Both the position numbers and the translations under genes were made by a program. Below are positions 9,701 through 20,258 of a stretch of 64,000 nt of DNA, in pieces (position 1 is the stretch's first letter; each line of letters opens with the position of its first letter). The stretch is from a virus: the IMG/VR virus record IMGVR_UViG_3300048838_000238, positions 32,001 to 96,000 of that record; one strand, 5' to 3'. The notes under the pieces were generated by a model that made no database searches, had not been told where the DNA came from, and was given only the letters and a program-made list of their open reading frames with translations.

Positions 9701-10829
9701 CTTCGTACCTCGGCAGAGTCTGCGATTGCCACCGCATTTGCAGCGCAAAGTCCCACGGAAAGCGAACATCCGGAGACTCCAGAGTGTAGTCCAATCGGAC
9801 GTCGATCCAGGAGTTCGGTTGGAGTTGGATCAGAAATGGAAACTCTAGCGCGCGCGGATTGTATCTCGTCTCCACGCCGTCACCGTAGTACTCGTCTTCG
9901 GTGTTCGCGAGTCGACCGGCAAACGGCGTATCAGCTGGTCCGGACCCAGAGTCGTAGGTCATGGTCACAGCGAGCGAGGAGACACGCCGGTCATAATTAA
10001 CGAATACTAACGACCCCAGGATGTCGGCGTCAAACCGCACCGTTCCATAGTAGATTCCGCCATCACGAATCCAGAGACCTCGCGAGTCCTGCGGGTTATT
10101 GATGTCAAACTCTCGTGTCTGGGCGCCGTAGTTGTTGAAGTGCGGAAGAATTCGATTATCAATATCCGACTCAGAAATTCCACCAAACCGGCCCTCAGAA
10201 CCGGTCCAGCGTCCGTAACCAATGACCGACGAACCGCTGGGCATCTCCAACGCAGGGTAAGGCTCGTTTCGATTCGTCGTATGCAGCAAGATTATGTTCG
10301 GATCTTTCTGCTGACGAGCGCGAACAGATTGAGCGGCGTGACTACGAGGACCGCCCTGAGTCGCCGCCGCATACTTCACAGGAGACGAAATATAAGACGA
10401 GTTGTGCGACAAGCCGTCCGCCGTTCCTACCCACTTGCACTTGTGCCTGTAAAAGGCGTCGGTGAAGTAGTTGATCGGTCCTGGTCCGGTGTTGCCGGTC
10501 GTGCTACTGGTCGCCGCCAAGCACAGCGGGTGCATGGTCGCCAGTCCGCGTTTACCTGGCGCGACCGCGCCTAGTCCGTTAAACGCCAACAGCGCCGGAT
10601 TCTGCAACTCCTGACCATAGACATTAGGCACGGTCCCGTACCAAACTGGCTTCGATCCGTCCATGAAGAACGACTTTGGATCTTCGGTATCGTCGATCGT
10701 GAACGGCTTGAGTTGGATCATGCCGAGCGCGGGGCAGGTTTCGGCGCTCTCGTTCTGCCAATCGAACCAGCGCTGCGTCTGGAACCAGTCTTGGAAGCTC
10801 GTCGCGCGCGGCGTTAATGGACTGCTCAT
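9693..10829 (-). CDS. Minor tail / receptor-binding-like protein, paralog 1
   Basis: WQNESAETCPALGMI and AVAPGKRGLAT; coupled to the upstream tail gene. Confidence 0.55.
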   Translation of the reverse strand: MSSPLTPRATSFQDWFQTQRWFDWQNESAETCPALGMIQLKPFTIDDTEDPKSFFMDGSKPVWYGTVPNVYGQELQNPALLAFNGLGAVAPGKRGLATMHPLCLAATSSTTGNTGPGPINYFTDAFYRHKCKWVGTADGLSHNSSYISSPVKYAAATQGGPRSHAAQSVRARQQKDPNIILLHTTNRNEPYPALEMPSGSSVIGYGRWTGSEGRFGGISESDIDNRILPHFNNYGAQTREFDINNPQDSRGLWIRDGGIYYGTVRFDADILGSLVFVNYDRRVSSLAVTMTYDSGSGPADTPFAGRLANTEDEYYGDGVETRYNPRALEFPFLIQLQPNSWIDVRLDYTLESPDVRFPWDFALQMRWQSQTLPRYEDA

Positions 10830-12535
10830 GCCGTCCCCGGCTTCTTGGGTGCGGTGCGATTGGCGGAATCTTTCTTGAGCAGTTCCGCGACTTCCGCTTG
10901 CTGCTTGCGCTCTTCGTAAGTGAGCGACATGAACGCTTGTTCGCGGTTGCGGCTGATCTGCGTTCTTGCATAGCCTTGTCCGTCGATCGTCCAAGTGATT
11001 TGATGCAACGCGCCGTCGAGGGTGATGTAGCGGAAACCGGCATAGCCACGCGCGCCTGGTCCGGTCATTTGAAACGACCGCAAGAGTTGGTCGATGTAGT
11101 ACAGGGCTTGCTGCTTGACTTCGGTCTTATTGTCGATCGTTTTCGAGGGACCGGCCGCCGACTTCTGTACCCAAATCTTCCGCTGGATATCGTTTCTCTC
11201 GATGTAGAACGGCTTGGTGCCGAGCTTCTGACCGGGCGGTGTGAACTCGACAAGTTCGCGCTTTACCGCGCCGGTCTTCTCGTCTTTGATATGCACGCCA
11301 GTTACCAGCCACAGTTTGGGCGGACGAACGTCTTGAGACGTGGAGTCGACCGCGCGGTCCGAATCGATGATCCCAGCCGAGTCGCCGAACAAAAACAGCG
11401 GCTCGTCGGTCATCACAATGCCGCGATCCTTGTCAATCGAAAAGCTGCCCTCGTACTTGGCTAGCCTTCCGTGCGGAGTATCGGCGGTCTTCTCGGGATC
11501 AAGCTTCAAGTCGCCTGGGAAAAACAGCCCCCACAACTCCGCCGGCATCGGCTCTTGGACTTCTTTCTTCGGCTCGAACTTCTTGATCTTCGACTTGGCG
11601 ACCCGCTCGTCCGTGAGCGGCAAGATGCGGTCGATGTCGTCCTCTTTGATCTTCTCCGGTTTCCCGTCTGCGGTAATGTCGATCGGCAGCTTCACGCGGA
11701 ACCATCGCCACACGCACTTTTGCGCCTGCTTGCGGTCTTCAGGCTTGACGACCTCGGGGAAGTCCGGCGGCATGGACGTCTTCCATCCGCCTTGCGGCTT
11801 GAAGCTCAAGTCGTCGACTAGATCAATTTCGCCTTCGGTGTCCGCGCCCACCGCTTCTAATTCGAGCCACTCCTCATAGACCGTTGGCCCCGCGCGGAAG
11901 ATGATCTTATCCGGCATTTCTGGCGGATTGATCGACAGCGAATCGGACTCCACGTCAAAGCCCATCGGCAGTTGCTGCCCTTCGCCGGACTTGGCTATCA
12001 AGATGCCATCCGACTGAGGGTCGTAAATCACTCGGCAGCCGAGACCGTCGACTAGCTCTTGCAGCGCGCGTGAAGGATTGCCGTTCCACTTCACGTAGGG
12101 CAGCGAATCGTTCGGCAGCTTCGAGACGTCGAACTTCTTCTCGCCCATTTCCTTCAGACAGAGTTCCGCGAGTTCGCGCGGCTTCTTCTTGGTCTTCTCG
12201 CGGACCTTATTGTCGGCGGATTCGCGGATGTTGTACTCGCCTTCGATCCAGCCGTAATCGCGCCACTTCCAGCGTCGATCCAAGATTGTCAAGGCCATGA
12301 ACTGGCGGCCGTCGGTGCCGGTTTCAAACGCTACCGAATCGAGCAAGCAGTCGCGCAGCGTAATCGCGTTGCCGCCGTAGATCACTCGAAGATTCGACCG
12401 CATCGGATAGGGGCCGGGCTGTGGCGCGCAGTAGATCACGTTCGCGCCGGGAGTCACGCCATGCGACACGGATACCGCGCCGTGCATGACGTAGCGGAAG
12501 CCACCAAACTCGAATAGTCCTTGCGGATCGGCCAA
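10826..12535 (-). CDS. Tail tip / baseplate hub-like protein
   Basis: 569 aa; position in the tail module; LDRRWKW and ALQELVDGLGCRV segments resemble hub proteins. Confidence 0.55.
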   Translation of the reverse strand: MADPQGLFEFGGFRYVMHGAVSVSHGVTPGANVIYCAPQPGPYPMRSNLRVIYGGNAITLRDCLLDSVAFETGTDGRQFMALTILDRRWKWRDYGWIEGEYNIRESADNKVREKTKKKPRELAELCLKEMGEKKFDVSKLPNDSLPYVKWNGNPSRALQELVDGLGCRVIYDPQSDGILIAKSGEGQQLPMGFDVESDSLSINPPEMPDKIIFRAGPTVYEEWLELEAVGADTEGEIDLVDDLSFKPQGGWKTSMPPDFPEVVKPEDRKQAQKCVWRWFRVKLPIDITADGKPEKIKEDDIDRILPLTDERVAKSKIKKFEPKKEVQEPMPAELWGLFFPGDLKLDPEKTADTPHGRLAKYEGSFSIDKDRGIVMTDEPLFLFGDSAGIIDSDRAVDSTSQDVRPPKLWLVTGVHIKDEKTGAVKRELVEFTPPGQKLGTKPFYIERNDIQRKIWVQKSAAGPSKTIDNKTEVKQQALYYIDQLLRSFQMTGPGARGYAGFRYITLDGALHQITWTIDGQGYARTQISRNREQAFMSLTYEERKQQAEVAELLKKDSANRTAPKKPGTA

Positions 12536-12578
12536 GACACCCTCCTTGCTATCCTGCTACCTGCAATCCAGATTTCTT

Positions 12579-15500
12579 CTAGCCGCGAACGTGACGCTTG
12601 TTCGCGCCACCCAGCACGCCGAACCGCGTCGTGTTGTACCACTGGATCGCGAACTCTCCGTCTTCCTGGGTCAGCGTCGTAATGCGATCCTGCAAGTCGA
12701 TGATTTCCACCGAGTCGCCGTAGGCCACGATCGGCGCGGACACCAATCGCTCTGCGATTTGAGTGGTGAAGTCAAGCTGCGCGGCGCGTGCAAGTTGCAC
12801 CGATCCGACTCGCCCCCACGTCCCCGCCGATGAGTAGGCGGTGTACCCGGTGGAGTCCAAACCGATCAGTTGGAACGAGTAATCGTCCACAACCTGAATC
12901 GTGAATTCGCGCTGATTGACCTCCAGCATTCCAGCGACTTCGGCGATGCGGATACTGTGACCGTTTGACAATCCGTGCGGCACGAAGGCCCGCGCCGAAT
13001 CGCCTACCGGATCAGTCGAGACAGTTCCGCCGTTGCGCCGCGCCCGGACGAAGTACAGATCGGCGGAGCTGTTGACTGATGTTTTCTTCCAATCCAGACC
13101 AGGTGCTGTCCAAGTGACATCGTACGAAGACGTGCCGGCCTTGAAGGCGGTGGTCCCATCCGAGATCCCCGCCAGCGCCACCCACTCGTCTCCGTCCCAG
13201 TATTCCCACGTCACGGTATAAGTGCCTGCGCCAGCCGTGCCTAAGTCGATAGCCAGCTTGCCGAATCGCTGTGCAAGGCCGAAGTAACAGGCATCGTCCG
13301 CGCCGACGCCAGCCGGGAAGATATCCCAGTCTCCAGTGCCAGCGTCGTTCGCGTCCGTCGTTTCGGTGACAAACGATTCGCCGCTGCTGTCCTCTTGCAG
13401 CACGATCGCGAGTTGGCTGGAGTAGCTTGTGACCACCGCCGGGCTGGCCTGAGTAATGCCCGAGATCGACCCGTATTGACCAAGTATTCCGGTCGTTTGC
13501 GCGAAGATCACGCCCGCCGTCGCGTCGATCGTGGTTACTTCCTTTGTGCCTTTCAGTAGCGTATCGCCGCCGTGGTTGTTCAGGGTGCCGAGACTGGCCG
13601 CGCAGATCAGCGCCCCGCCAGTCTTGTAGACCTCGTCAATTTCCGCATCGGCTCCGACCGTGACTTCCGCATCGGAACTGACGCTGCTTTGATAACTCAT
13701 CCACAGTTGCGAGACCGTGGCTACCTGCCCGTAGAAGTAGCCGAGACCGAGTTTGCCGCGCTGAATGCGAATGACGTTATCGGGGTGAGTGCCGCGCCAG
13801 TTAATGGCCGGCACGGAGCCGTCAACCGATGTCGAACTGGTATACACGTCGATCACGGTTTCGCGCTTGCCAGTATTGATCCTCGTCAAGCCCGATCCAG
13901 ACCCGCTACCTTCGCCGATTTCGATGATGAGCTGACCATCGTCCGCGCCGTCGCCGAGAACCAACTCGGTCGGTCGGTATTCGTAGTACAGTCCGGTATG
14001 CTGCTTGAGCCCGACCTCCCCGGTGTAGGTTGACTTTTGGATGTACTTCGCTGGCGGCGCTGCCGAGAAGTCGATGCCGTAGAGCAGCGACACGGTGGAG
14101 TTTTCCAGAAGCATCGTTTCGCCGGTTGTCGGGGCGTGACCGAGCGTCCAGTTTGCGGCTTCAGTGCCCCAGTTCGGACCTGTCGGCGACTGGGAAGTAG
14201 TCTGCGTGATTTCAGAAGCGCTCGCGCCGGTCAGCAATTCTCCATCGCCGGTGATGGCTTCGACGTTCGTCGCGGCAAGCGCCGATCCGAACGTGACCAC
14301 CACGGGCAAAGTCGGCAGCGGACCTCCCGTGCAAGTCACGTCGCCAGCGCCGATATTGCTCAAGGCTTCCAAGGCTGAATCGACAGCGGCGGCCGTGGCG
14401 TTGTAGGCGATCACGGAAGTGGTCTGTCCTGAATACGACAGCGTGAACGTGCCAGCATCTGGCGTTTTGTCGAAGGCAATCGATTGGATTTCATTGACCG
14501 GCGCGATACCGCCTTGAAGAGTCGAGACTGCCACGGTAGCGCCGGTGAGATTACTGCCATCTCCGGTCATCAGAACTACGTCGGTCAGCGCATAAGCGCC
14601 GGTGAACTCGACCAGCCAAGGCCCGCCGTTCGGACCTGTTACTGAGATGTCTCCTGGGACCGGTGTGGTGAGCGCCTCCAAGGCGAGTTGCACGTCCACC
14701 GCTGCCGCATCGAAAGCGATCGCGGCGGTTGTTTCGGAGTCAAAGGTGAGCGTAAACGTCCCGGCTTCAGGAGTTCCGTCGAAGCTCACTTGCTGGATTT
14801 CATTTTGTCCTTTGGAGTAAATGAAGAACGCTCCCGCGCTTGCGACAGAGTTCGCGCCGCTCTCGTCGTAGTCCTGAGCCGGCGCGCCAATCGCTACCAC
14901 GGTCCCTGTGATTGCCACAGATAGTCCGAACTGGTCTCCAGCAACCCTTCCATTTGTGCCGCTGCCGACCAACTTATCGGCGAGACTCCAAGTCGTGCCA
15001 CTGCGAGTGAAAGTGTACGCCGCTCCGGCGCCGCTCAGCAGGTTTGCCCCGGCAGCATCATAATCCTGGCCGAACGCTCCGACGATCGCCATGTCTCCTT
15101 CTACGGCCACTGAAATCCCAAAAACGTCCGCAGCGAGCCTACCATTCGTGCCGCTGCCAACGAGTTTTTGTTCGAGCGCCCAAGTCGATCCTGTTCTCAG
15201 GTACACGTATGCCGCGCCTGCTTCAGTCAGGGCATTAGCGCCTGCTTCGTCATATTGCTGCCGAGGGGCACCGACGATAGCCGTGTCGCCATCGATCGCT
15301 ACGCTTTCTCCGAACCTATCCCCTGCCACACGTCCGTTCGTGCCGCTGCCGACGATCTTTTGCTGAAGCGCCCAAGTCGAGCCGGTACGAAGATACACAT
15401 AGGCAGCGCCAGCGTTACTGGCAAGATTAGCGCCGGAGGCGTCATAATCCTGGAATGGTGCCCCGACGATGATGGTGTCGCCTGAGATCGCTACTCTAAA

Positions 15501-17087
15501 TCCGAAAACGTCTCCAGCGATCCGTCCGTTCGTGCCGCTGCCGACCAGTTTTTGTTGCAGCGTCCACGTCGATCCGGTGCGAGTAAATACAAAAGCCGCG
15601 CCGGCATCCGTCAAGGCGGTCGCGCCGGATGCGTCATAGTCCTGCCTTTGCGCGCCGACCACAATCGTGTCGCCAGAGATCGCCACCGACCACCCAAAGA
15701 AGTCGCCGCTCTGACGCCCGTTGGTGCCACTTCCTACGAGCTTTTGCTGCTTGGTCCATGTCGCTCCGCTGCGAGTGAATACATACACAGCCCCCGCATT
15801 GGCGAGAGAATCTTCGCCATCGGCGTCTAAATCTCCGTTGTACGCGCCAACGACCGCCGTGTCGCCGTCCACAGCGACCGCGAATCCGAAAGAATCGCTC
15901 GATTCGTCACTAACAAGTCGGTCCTGGTAAGCCCATGTCGATCCCTTTAAGAACACCACCGCCTCGTTGTCACCTCCAGCGACCGCAGTGTCGTCGTCAA
16001 TGTCGACGCCCGTGCCAAGTTGATCAGAGGCAGTCCTGTGCGGCGACGGCGCTACCAGCTTTTGTAAGTACCCAAGAGGCAGCGCTTCTTGAGTAGTCTC
16101 GATCTCAACGTCATATCCGCCGACGGTTAGACTTGCGCCGTCTCCGGTCATGGCCGCGACATTGGTTTCGGCCAACGCTTCCACAAACTCAACTGTCCAA
16201 GGTCCGCCGTCGGAGCCGGTGACTGTCACGTCAGACGCTACGCCGGCCGTCGTCGTACTGGGAACGACCGTTCCGCCTGTCGCATTGGAGTTATCGACCG
16301 TGACTTGCGTGCGGTTGGCGCGACCGAGGGACTTCTTGAAGGTGATTGTGATGGGGGTCGTATTTAGCGGTCCTCCGGCGCAGACGGCCTCATCGACTCC
16401 GATATTGCTCAGCGCTTCGAGTGCTGTTTCAAGGTTAGCGGCCGTCACATCGAAGGCGATCGTCGCGGCGGTCTGCCCCTCAAACGTCAAGTCAAATGTT
16501 CCTCCGGACGCGGTAGACGTCAGCGTCTGAACTTCGTTTGTGCCAGCGATATTCGATAGATCACACAGCGCATCGCGAACATCGTAGGCAGTAGCGTCAT
16601 AGGCGATGGCCGCTGTGACCTGTCCGTCGAATGTCAGTGCGAACGTGCCGCCTACCGCATCTGTATCCACGTCGATGTACTGAATCTCATTCTGCCCGGC
16701 CACGCCTTGCTGAGTGACTGTGACGACGACAGTCGCGACGATCGCATTGGACAGAGTCGCCGTGAAGGGTTTGCCGTCGTCCGGCCCGGTCAAAAGAATC
16801 GCCTCGATACCGTCGTCCCCGTCGTCGGATTCGTAGGTCATCTCGTTGAATTCGGCGATGTCTTCCGCGCCAGCGACCAGCGCCGCCAGCAGATTCGTCA
16901 TGGCGACTTGGTCGGTTGTCAGACTGGGCGCCGCGTCGATGTCGTCCTGCGTCAGCGTATAGGTGACGTCCTTGCGGTTGACGGTCGCGGTCCAGGTTTC
17001 GCCGACTTCCGCATCGACGATTACCCAGCGTTCGATTTGAGCCTTGGCCTGCGCGTCGCCGCGAAAACTGTTAATTACTTCGGGCAT
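12579..17087 (-). CDS. Large virion fibre/adhesin with FG-GAP propeller, 4 NEIQ repeats and a split FCCH-like domain
   Basis: About 7 FGxSVAISGDT..VGA...AGAAYVF repeats; 4 copies of NE(I/V)Q...GTFTLTF...AIA(F/Y)DA..V..ALEAL; C-terminal ISGITQASPAVVT...HGLSNG...TGYTAYSSAG. Confidence 0.8.
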   Translation of the reverse strand: MPEVINSFRGDAQAKAQIERWVIVDAEVGETWTATVNRKDVTYTLTQDDIDAAPSLTTDQVAMTNLLAALVAGAEDIAEFNEMTYESDDGDDGIEAILLTGPDDGKPFTATLSNAIVATVVVTVTQQGVAGQNEIQYIDVDTDAVGGTFALTFDGQVTAAIAYDATAYDVRDALCDLSNIAGTNEVQTLTSTASGGTFDLTFEGQTAATIAFDVTAANLETALEALSNIGVDEAVCAGGPLNTTPITITFKKSLGRANRTQVTVDNSNATGGTVVPSTTTAGVASDVTVTGSDGGPWTVEFVEALAETNVAAMTGDGASLTVGGYDVEIETTQEALPLGYLQKLVAPSPHRTASDQLGTGVDIDDDTAVAGGDNEAVVFLKGSTWAYQDRLVSDESSDSFGFAVAVDGDTAVVGAYNGDLDADGEDSLANAGAVYVFTRSGATWTKQQKLVGSGTNGRQSGDFFGWSVAISGDTIVVGAQRQDYDASGATALTDAGAAFVFTRTGSTWTLQQKLVGSGTNGRIAGDVFGFRVAISGDTIIVGAPFQDYDASGANLASNAGAAYVYLRTGSTWALQQKIVGSGTNGRVAGDRFGESVAIDGDTAIVGAPRQQYDEAGANALTEAGAAYVYLRTGSTWALEQKLVGSGTNGRLAADVFGISVAVEGDMAIVGAFGQDYDAAGANLLSGAGAAYTFTRSGTTWSLADKLVGSGTNGRVAGDQFGLSVAITGTVVAIGAPAQDYDESGANSVASAGAFFIYSKGQNEIQQVSFDGTPEAGTFTLTFDSETTAAIAFDAAAVDVQLALEALTTPVPGDISVTGPNGGPWLVEFTGAYALTDVVLMTGDGSNLTGATVAVSTLQGGIAPVNEIQSIAFDKTPDAGTFTLSYSGQTTSVIAYNATAAAVDSALEALSNIGAGDVTCTGGPLPTLPVVVTFGSALAATNVEAITGDGELLTGASASEITQTTSQSPTGPNWGTEAANWTLGHAPTTGETMLLENSTVSLLYGIDFSAAPPAKYIQKSTYTGEVGLKQHTGLYYEYRPTELVLGDGADDGQLIIEIGEGSGSGSGLTRINTGKRETVIDVYTSSTSVDGSVPAINWRGTHPDNVIRIQRGKLGLGYFYGQVATVSQLWMSYQSSVSSDAEVTVGADAEIDEVYKTGGALICAASLGTLNNHGGDTLLKGTKEVTTIDATAGVIFAQTTGILGQYGSISGITQASPAVVTSYSSQLAIVLQEDSSGESFVTETTDANDAGTGDWDIFPAGVGADDACYFGLAQRFGKLAIDLGTAGAGTYTVTWEYWDGDEWVALAGISDGTTAFKAGTSSYDVTWTAPGLDWKKTSVNSSADLYFVRARRNGGTVSTDPVGDSARAFVPHGLSNGHSIRIAEVAGMLEVNQREFTIQVVDDYSFQLIGLDSTGYTAYSSAGTWGRVGSVQLARAAQLDFTTQIAERLVSAPIVAYGDSVEIIDLQDRITTLTQEDGEFAIQWYNTTRFGVLGGANKRHVRG

Positions 17088-17123
17088 CCGTGCCGCTCCG
17101 TCGATGATTCTGAGTGGTGAAAC

Positions 17124-17142
17124 CTATATCCCTAAGATATAG
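17124..17142. promoter_or_regulatory. Perfect palindromic operator CTATATC-CCTAA-GATATAG
   Basis: Exact consensus; 36 bp upstream of the fibre gene. Confidence 0.8.
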
Positions 17143-17193
17143 CAAGACGAGGCTCGTGTGCGGCGGCTGGACGTGTCTAACTAGCGGTCCAGA

Positions 17194-17967
17194 TCACGGG
17201 TAGTTGTACCCCAGCCGGTGCGCTCTGCCATACAGCGAGGAACTGCTGACGTAGTTGTAGGTCCAGGAAATCGGCCAATCGACCCACGCCTGCTTGCCGT
17301 CGCTCGCGACCAGTCTGGGTGTCCCCTCGGTAACGAGCGGCACGGAACTGGCGAGCTTACTGGGCCAGATCGGCGGCGGGATGGGCGGATATCCATAGAG
17401 CCCGACCGCCGATCCCTGCTGGACGGCGCGTACGGCAGTGTATTGACGAAGAGTCTGTTCGACCGCTGGTCCGGTCAGCACGTCGATCGCGCCCCGCTGC
17501 CTGCCAGCTTCCGGCCATTGCACGGTTTCCTGGAACGATTTGACCAGATTTGCCAGCGACAGCGAGCCCGCTGCGTAGGGTATAGTTGCCTTGGCGACGA
17601 TCTGGCTCTGGCAATTCGTAACCAGCGACGCGCGACCTGGATCCGGAAAGTGCGGCGGCGAGATGATTTGCACCCCAGCTAGGGTATCGACCGTCTTTAG
17701 AGTCAAGTGCGTTTCGGTGCCGTTGGGGTGGCAGAAGATCAGATCGCGACCGCTGACCGAGTAGGCTGCTTGCAGAGCCGCCATTTGTGCTTTGATATCG
17801 GCCCGCCGTAACGCTTCGGTTGCCTTATGCGAGATTAGCCAGACCGTGATATTCCACGTTTCTTCTTCGGCCCACGCGGTGCCAGCATCCGTCAGCAGGG
17901 CTTGCCTCTGTGTGGTGACTCGCGTCGTGCCGACCGGGTGCGTGAAATTGCCGTATTTCAGGATCAT
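17194..17967 (-). CDS. Putative minor tail (distal tail-like) protein
   Basis: 257 aa beta-rich ORF in the tail module. Confidence 0.5.
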   Translation of the reverse strand: MILKYGNFTHPVGTTRVTTQRQALLTDAGTAWAEEETWNITVWLISHKATEALRRADIKAQMAALQAAYSVSGRDLIFCHPNGTETHLTLKTVDTLAGVQIISPPHFPDPGRASLVTNCQSQIVAKATIPYAAGSLSLANLVKSFQETVQWPEAGRQRGAIDVLTGPAVEQTLRQYTAVRAVQQGSAVGLYGYPPIPPPIWPSKLASSVPLVTEGTPRLVASDGKQAWVDWPISWTYNYVSSSSLYGRAHRLGYNYP

Positions 17968-17974
17968 GACGCGA

Positions 17975-17993
17975 TTATATCAGATCGCTATAG
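17975..17993. promoter_or_regulatory. Palindromic operator copy TTATATC-N5-GCTATAG
   Basis: 2 mismatches; 7 bp upstream of a start codon. Confidence 0.65.
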
Positions 17994-18015
17994 CCTGCCG
18001 ATGGCGCGGAAGCGG

Positions 18016-19746
18016 TCACGCGACGTGTCCAATCCTCAGTAGATTCGACGGCTCGATCCGATTAGACAGCCGAAACACTTCGGCGACGTAAGCCACGTCT
18101 TCGGGGTCTGGCTGGAGTTCTCGAACAGCCTCTTCAGCCGTGCGAATCCAACCAAGCAGTTTGCCGGCCTGGACGTTGATCGCCAAGATAACTCGCTTTG
18201 CCACGCGGATGTGTAAATTTCCGTTCTGGTATGCCTTGGCGTCCATCAGCGGCTCGCCGTCCTGGAGACATAGTTCGTTTTTCTTGCCAGACGTCCAGCG
18301 GTAGTTAGCTGGGCTGTCCATACAGGCAAACCCGAGATTGTTGGCGACGGTCACGAAGTCCGAAAGGAACTCTATCGACCGCCGCGACAGACCGTTTACA
18401 GCATCGAAGGAATACTGGCTGGTATTGATCCCTCCGAACCCCTCAATAACGAGCCGGTAGTCGATCTTGTATTGAGTCTCGTCTTCGTGGAGGTATCGCC
18501 AATTTCCCTTGGTGAACACCTTGTCGTTGCTCTTGTAGCGGTGGACGTTGGCGTGTTGCGCGAGTGACTTAAACAGTTCAACGAGCTGGTCGTCAAAATG
18601 ATCACTAGCCCACTTGGAAATCCATATCAGCATCGACCGGACATTGCCTTCCGTGAAGTCTACGACAGTTTTGTTTCTGAGCGATTCGAGGAACGCATTG
18701 CGTTGCTTAGTGGCAAGCCTCTTGGTGATGTCTTCTAAGTGCTCAAACAGGACTTGCCAGTATTTGTTCTTGAGACCGACGATCTTTGACCGCAGGCCGT
18801 CCAGGATGGCTTTTTTCGTGACGCCCAGTTCCTTTAGTAGCAACGGGTTGATTTTGACCACCTTCCGGTAAGTCTCGTACATCTCTGTCAACTCGGTATC
18901 GTAGGCATGGACAAGCGATTCGATGATATTGCCACCCTTAGCGACTTGCCGCAGCCAATCCTTATCCTCTTCGCACTCGTCGTCGATCTTACAATCGAAC
19001 TTATCCAGTTCTGGAAGCATCTCTTCAATAGCTGAATTGAATGCCGAGTCTTTGTCGCGGTCTCCCATATCGAAGAGAACGATCTCGACCTTGGCCCGTG
19101 CTCGCCGATCGGCAGTCTCAAAGTCGAACTTGCCCAGCGACTTTGGCTTTAGTTCGAACTGGTCGATCAACTCTTGAATCTTCTGGCTGTCGCGCCAGCG
19201 TCGCGGAATGACCAAGTACACCGACTTGGCGGCGCACTCGCGCAGGATGCGATACGCCCATTCCTCGTACTCGCTGTAGGGCGGATTGCAGAAGACGATA
19301 TCGACCTGTTTGTCGACCAGCGTTTGCTCGTGGAACTCAGTGCCGATCACGACTATATGCTTTGGCATGTTCGCCAAATGGATCATCGATTTTTCAACGG
19401 CGAACTGATCCAGTGTGATCGTGTTCCGTGAATGCTCGCCCTCGTCACTCAGCATCTCTTGCAGCTTGACCAGCGCCCGGCCGTCGCCAGCCCCGATGTC
19501 GAGGATATCTAGCGACCCGTGACGACGATAGGCACGATCGGCTTCTCGCCGGATACTCTTGGCGATGACAGCAAGGATCTCATCGGTCGTGGGATAAAAA
19601 GCGTAATCTTCTCCGTTGGCCTTCAGTTCGTCAACTCTGCGACGCGTTGCTGGCCGAGTGAATATCCGCACCGGTTTGCGTGTTGTCCTCAGATTTACTG
19701 GCGAGGCCAGTTTCGCAGTCGTGCGTGGATGTGGTGTTGCATTCAC
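18016..19746 (-). CDS. DNA amino-methyltransferase with DUF4942-like C-terminal region
   Basis: FYPT, ILDIGAGDG (SAM binding), FCNPPY (catalytic), RRARAKV; C-terminal YQNGNLHIR. Confidence 0.8.
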   Translation of the reverse strand: MNATPHPRTTAKLASPVNLRTTRKPVRIFTRPATRRRVDELKANGEDYAFYPTTDEILAVIAKSIRREADRAYRRHGSLDILDIGAGDGRALVKLQEMLSDEGEHSRNTITLDQFAVEKSMIHLANMPKHIVVIGTEFHEQTLVDKQVDIVFCNPPYSEYEEWAYRILRECAAKSVYLVIPRRWRDSQKIQELIDQFELKPKSLGKFDFETADRRARAKVEIVLFDMGDRDKDSAFNSAIEEMLPELDKFDCKIDDECEEDKDWLRQVAKGGNIIESLVHAYDTELTEMYETYRKVVKINPLLLKELGVTKKAILDGLRSKIVGLKNKYWQVLFEHLEDITKRLATKQRNAFLESLRNKTVVDFTEGNVRSMLIWISKWASDHFDDQLVELFKSLAQHANVHRYKSNDKVFTKGNWRYLHEDETQYKIDYRLVIEGFGGINTSQYSFDAVNGLSRRSIEFLSDFVTVANNLGFACMDSPANYRWTSGKKNELCLQDGEPLMDAKAYQNGNLHIRVAKRVILAINVQAGKLLGWIRTAEEAVRELQPDPEDVAYVAEVFRLSNRIEPSNLLRIGHVA

Positions 19747-20258
19747 TGTAACTCTCCTCTGTCGGCCTCTGTGGCCGCTATGTTGTAGGCGTTACTTGCT
19801 TCGTCGATTGTGTAGAAGGTTCCAAGGAACTGTGTCTTGCCATTGACGTACAGGTTCGCCATGTACGGTTTTTTGTTTCTTAATGTGCGAGATACGCCAG
19901 TGGGTAGGCCGCTGGACTTTCCTCTGATGCGATAGCCCTCCGCTATGTTCTTTCTCTGTGAGATGATACGGAGGTTGGATAAACGATCGTCTGTGCAGTC
20001 GTTGTTTATATGGTCAACAACTTTGTCGTACCCTGCTGGTGAGTAACCTAGAAATGCCATCGCCACGAAGACGGCGACAGGCTGTTTTGTTGCCCTTCCT
20101 AGCGAAACATATCGCCGGTTATTCTTGCTGTTGACGTGAGGCGTCAGCATCACACCCTTGCGTTTCCTGCCATCCGCAAGCACGCGATCGATGCTTCGCA
20201 CATGTCCGTTATCGGATGCTTCGTAGCCGTGGAATCCTGGTATCAGTCTCCATCTCAT
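19743..20258 (-). CDS. NUMOD4-HNH-AP2 homing endonuclease
   Basis: WRLIPGFHGYEASDNGHVRS (NUMOD4), VDHINNDCTDDRLSNL (HNH), GVS...YMANL...FLGTF...EAS.AY (AP2). Confidence 0.9.
   Translation of the reverse strand: MRWRLIPGFHGYEASDNGHVRSIDRVLADGRKRKGVMLTPHVNSKNNRRYVSLGRATKQPVAVFVAMAFLGYSPAGYDKVVDHINNDCTDDRLSNLRIISQRKNIAEGYRIRGKSSGLPTGVSRTLRNKKPYMANLYVNGKTQFLGTFYTIDEASNAYNIAATEADRGELQ

Noticed and set aside
14940-15740. Regularly spaced TTCGTGCCGCTGCC repeats as a possible CRISPR array
   Set aside because: The period is 192 nt, they are in frame within the fibre gene, and the intervening sequences are homologous. These are coding FG-GAP repeats.
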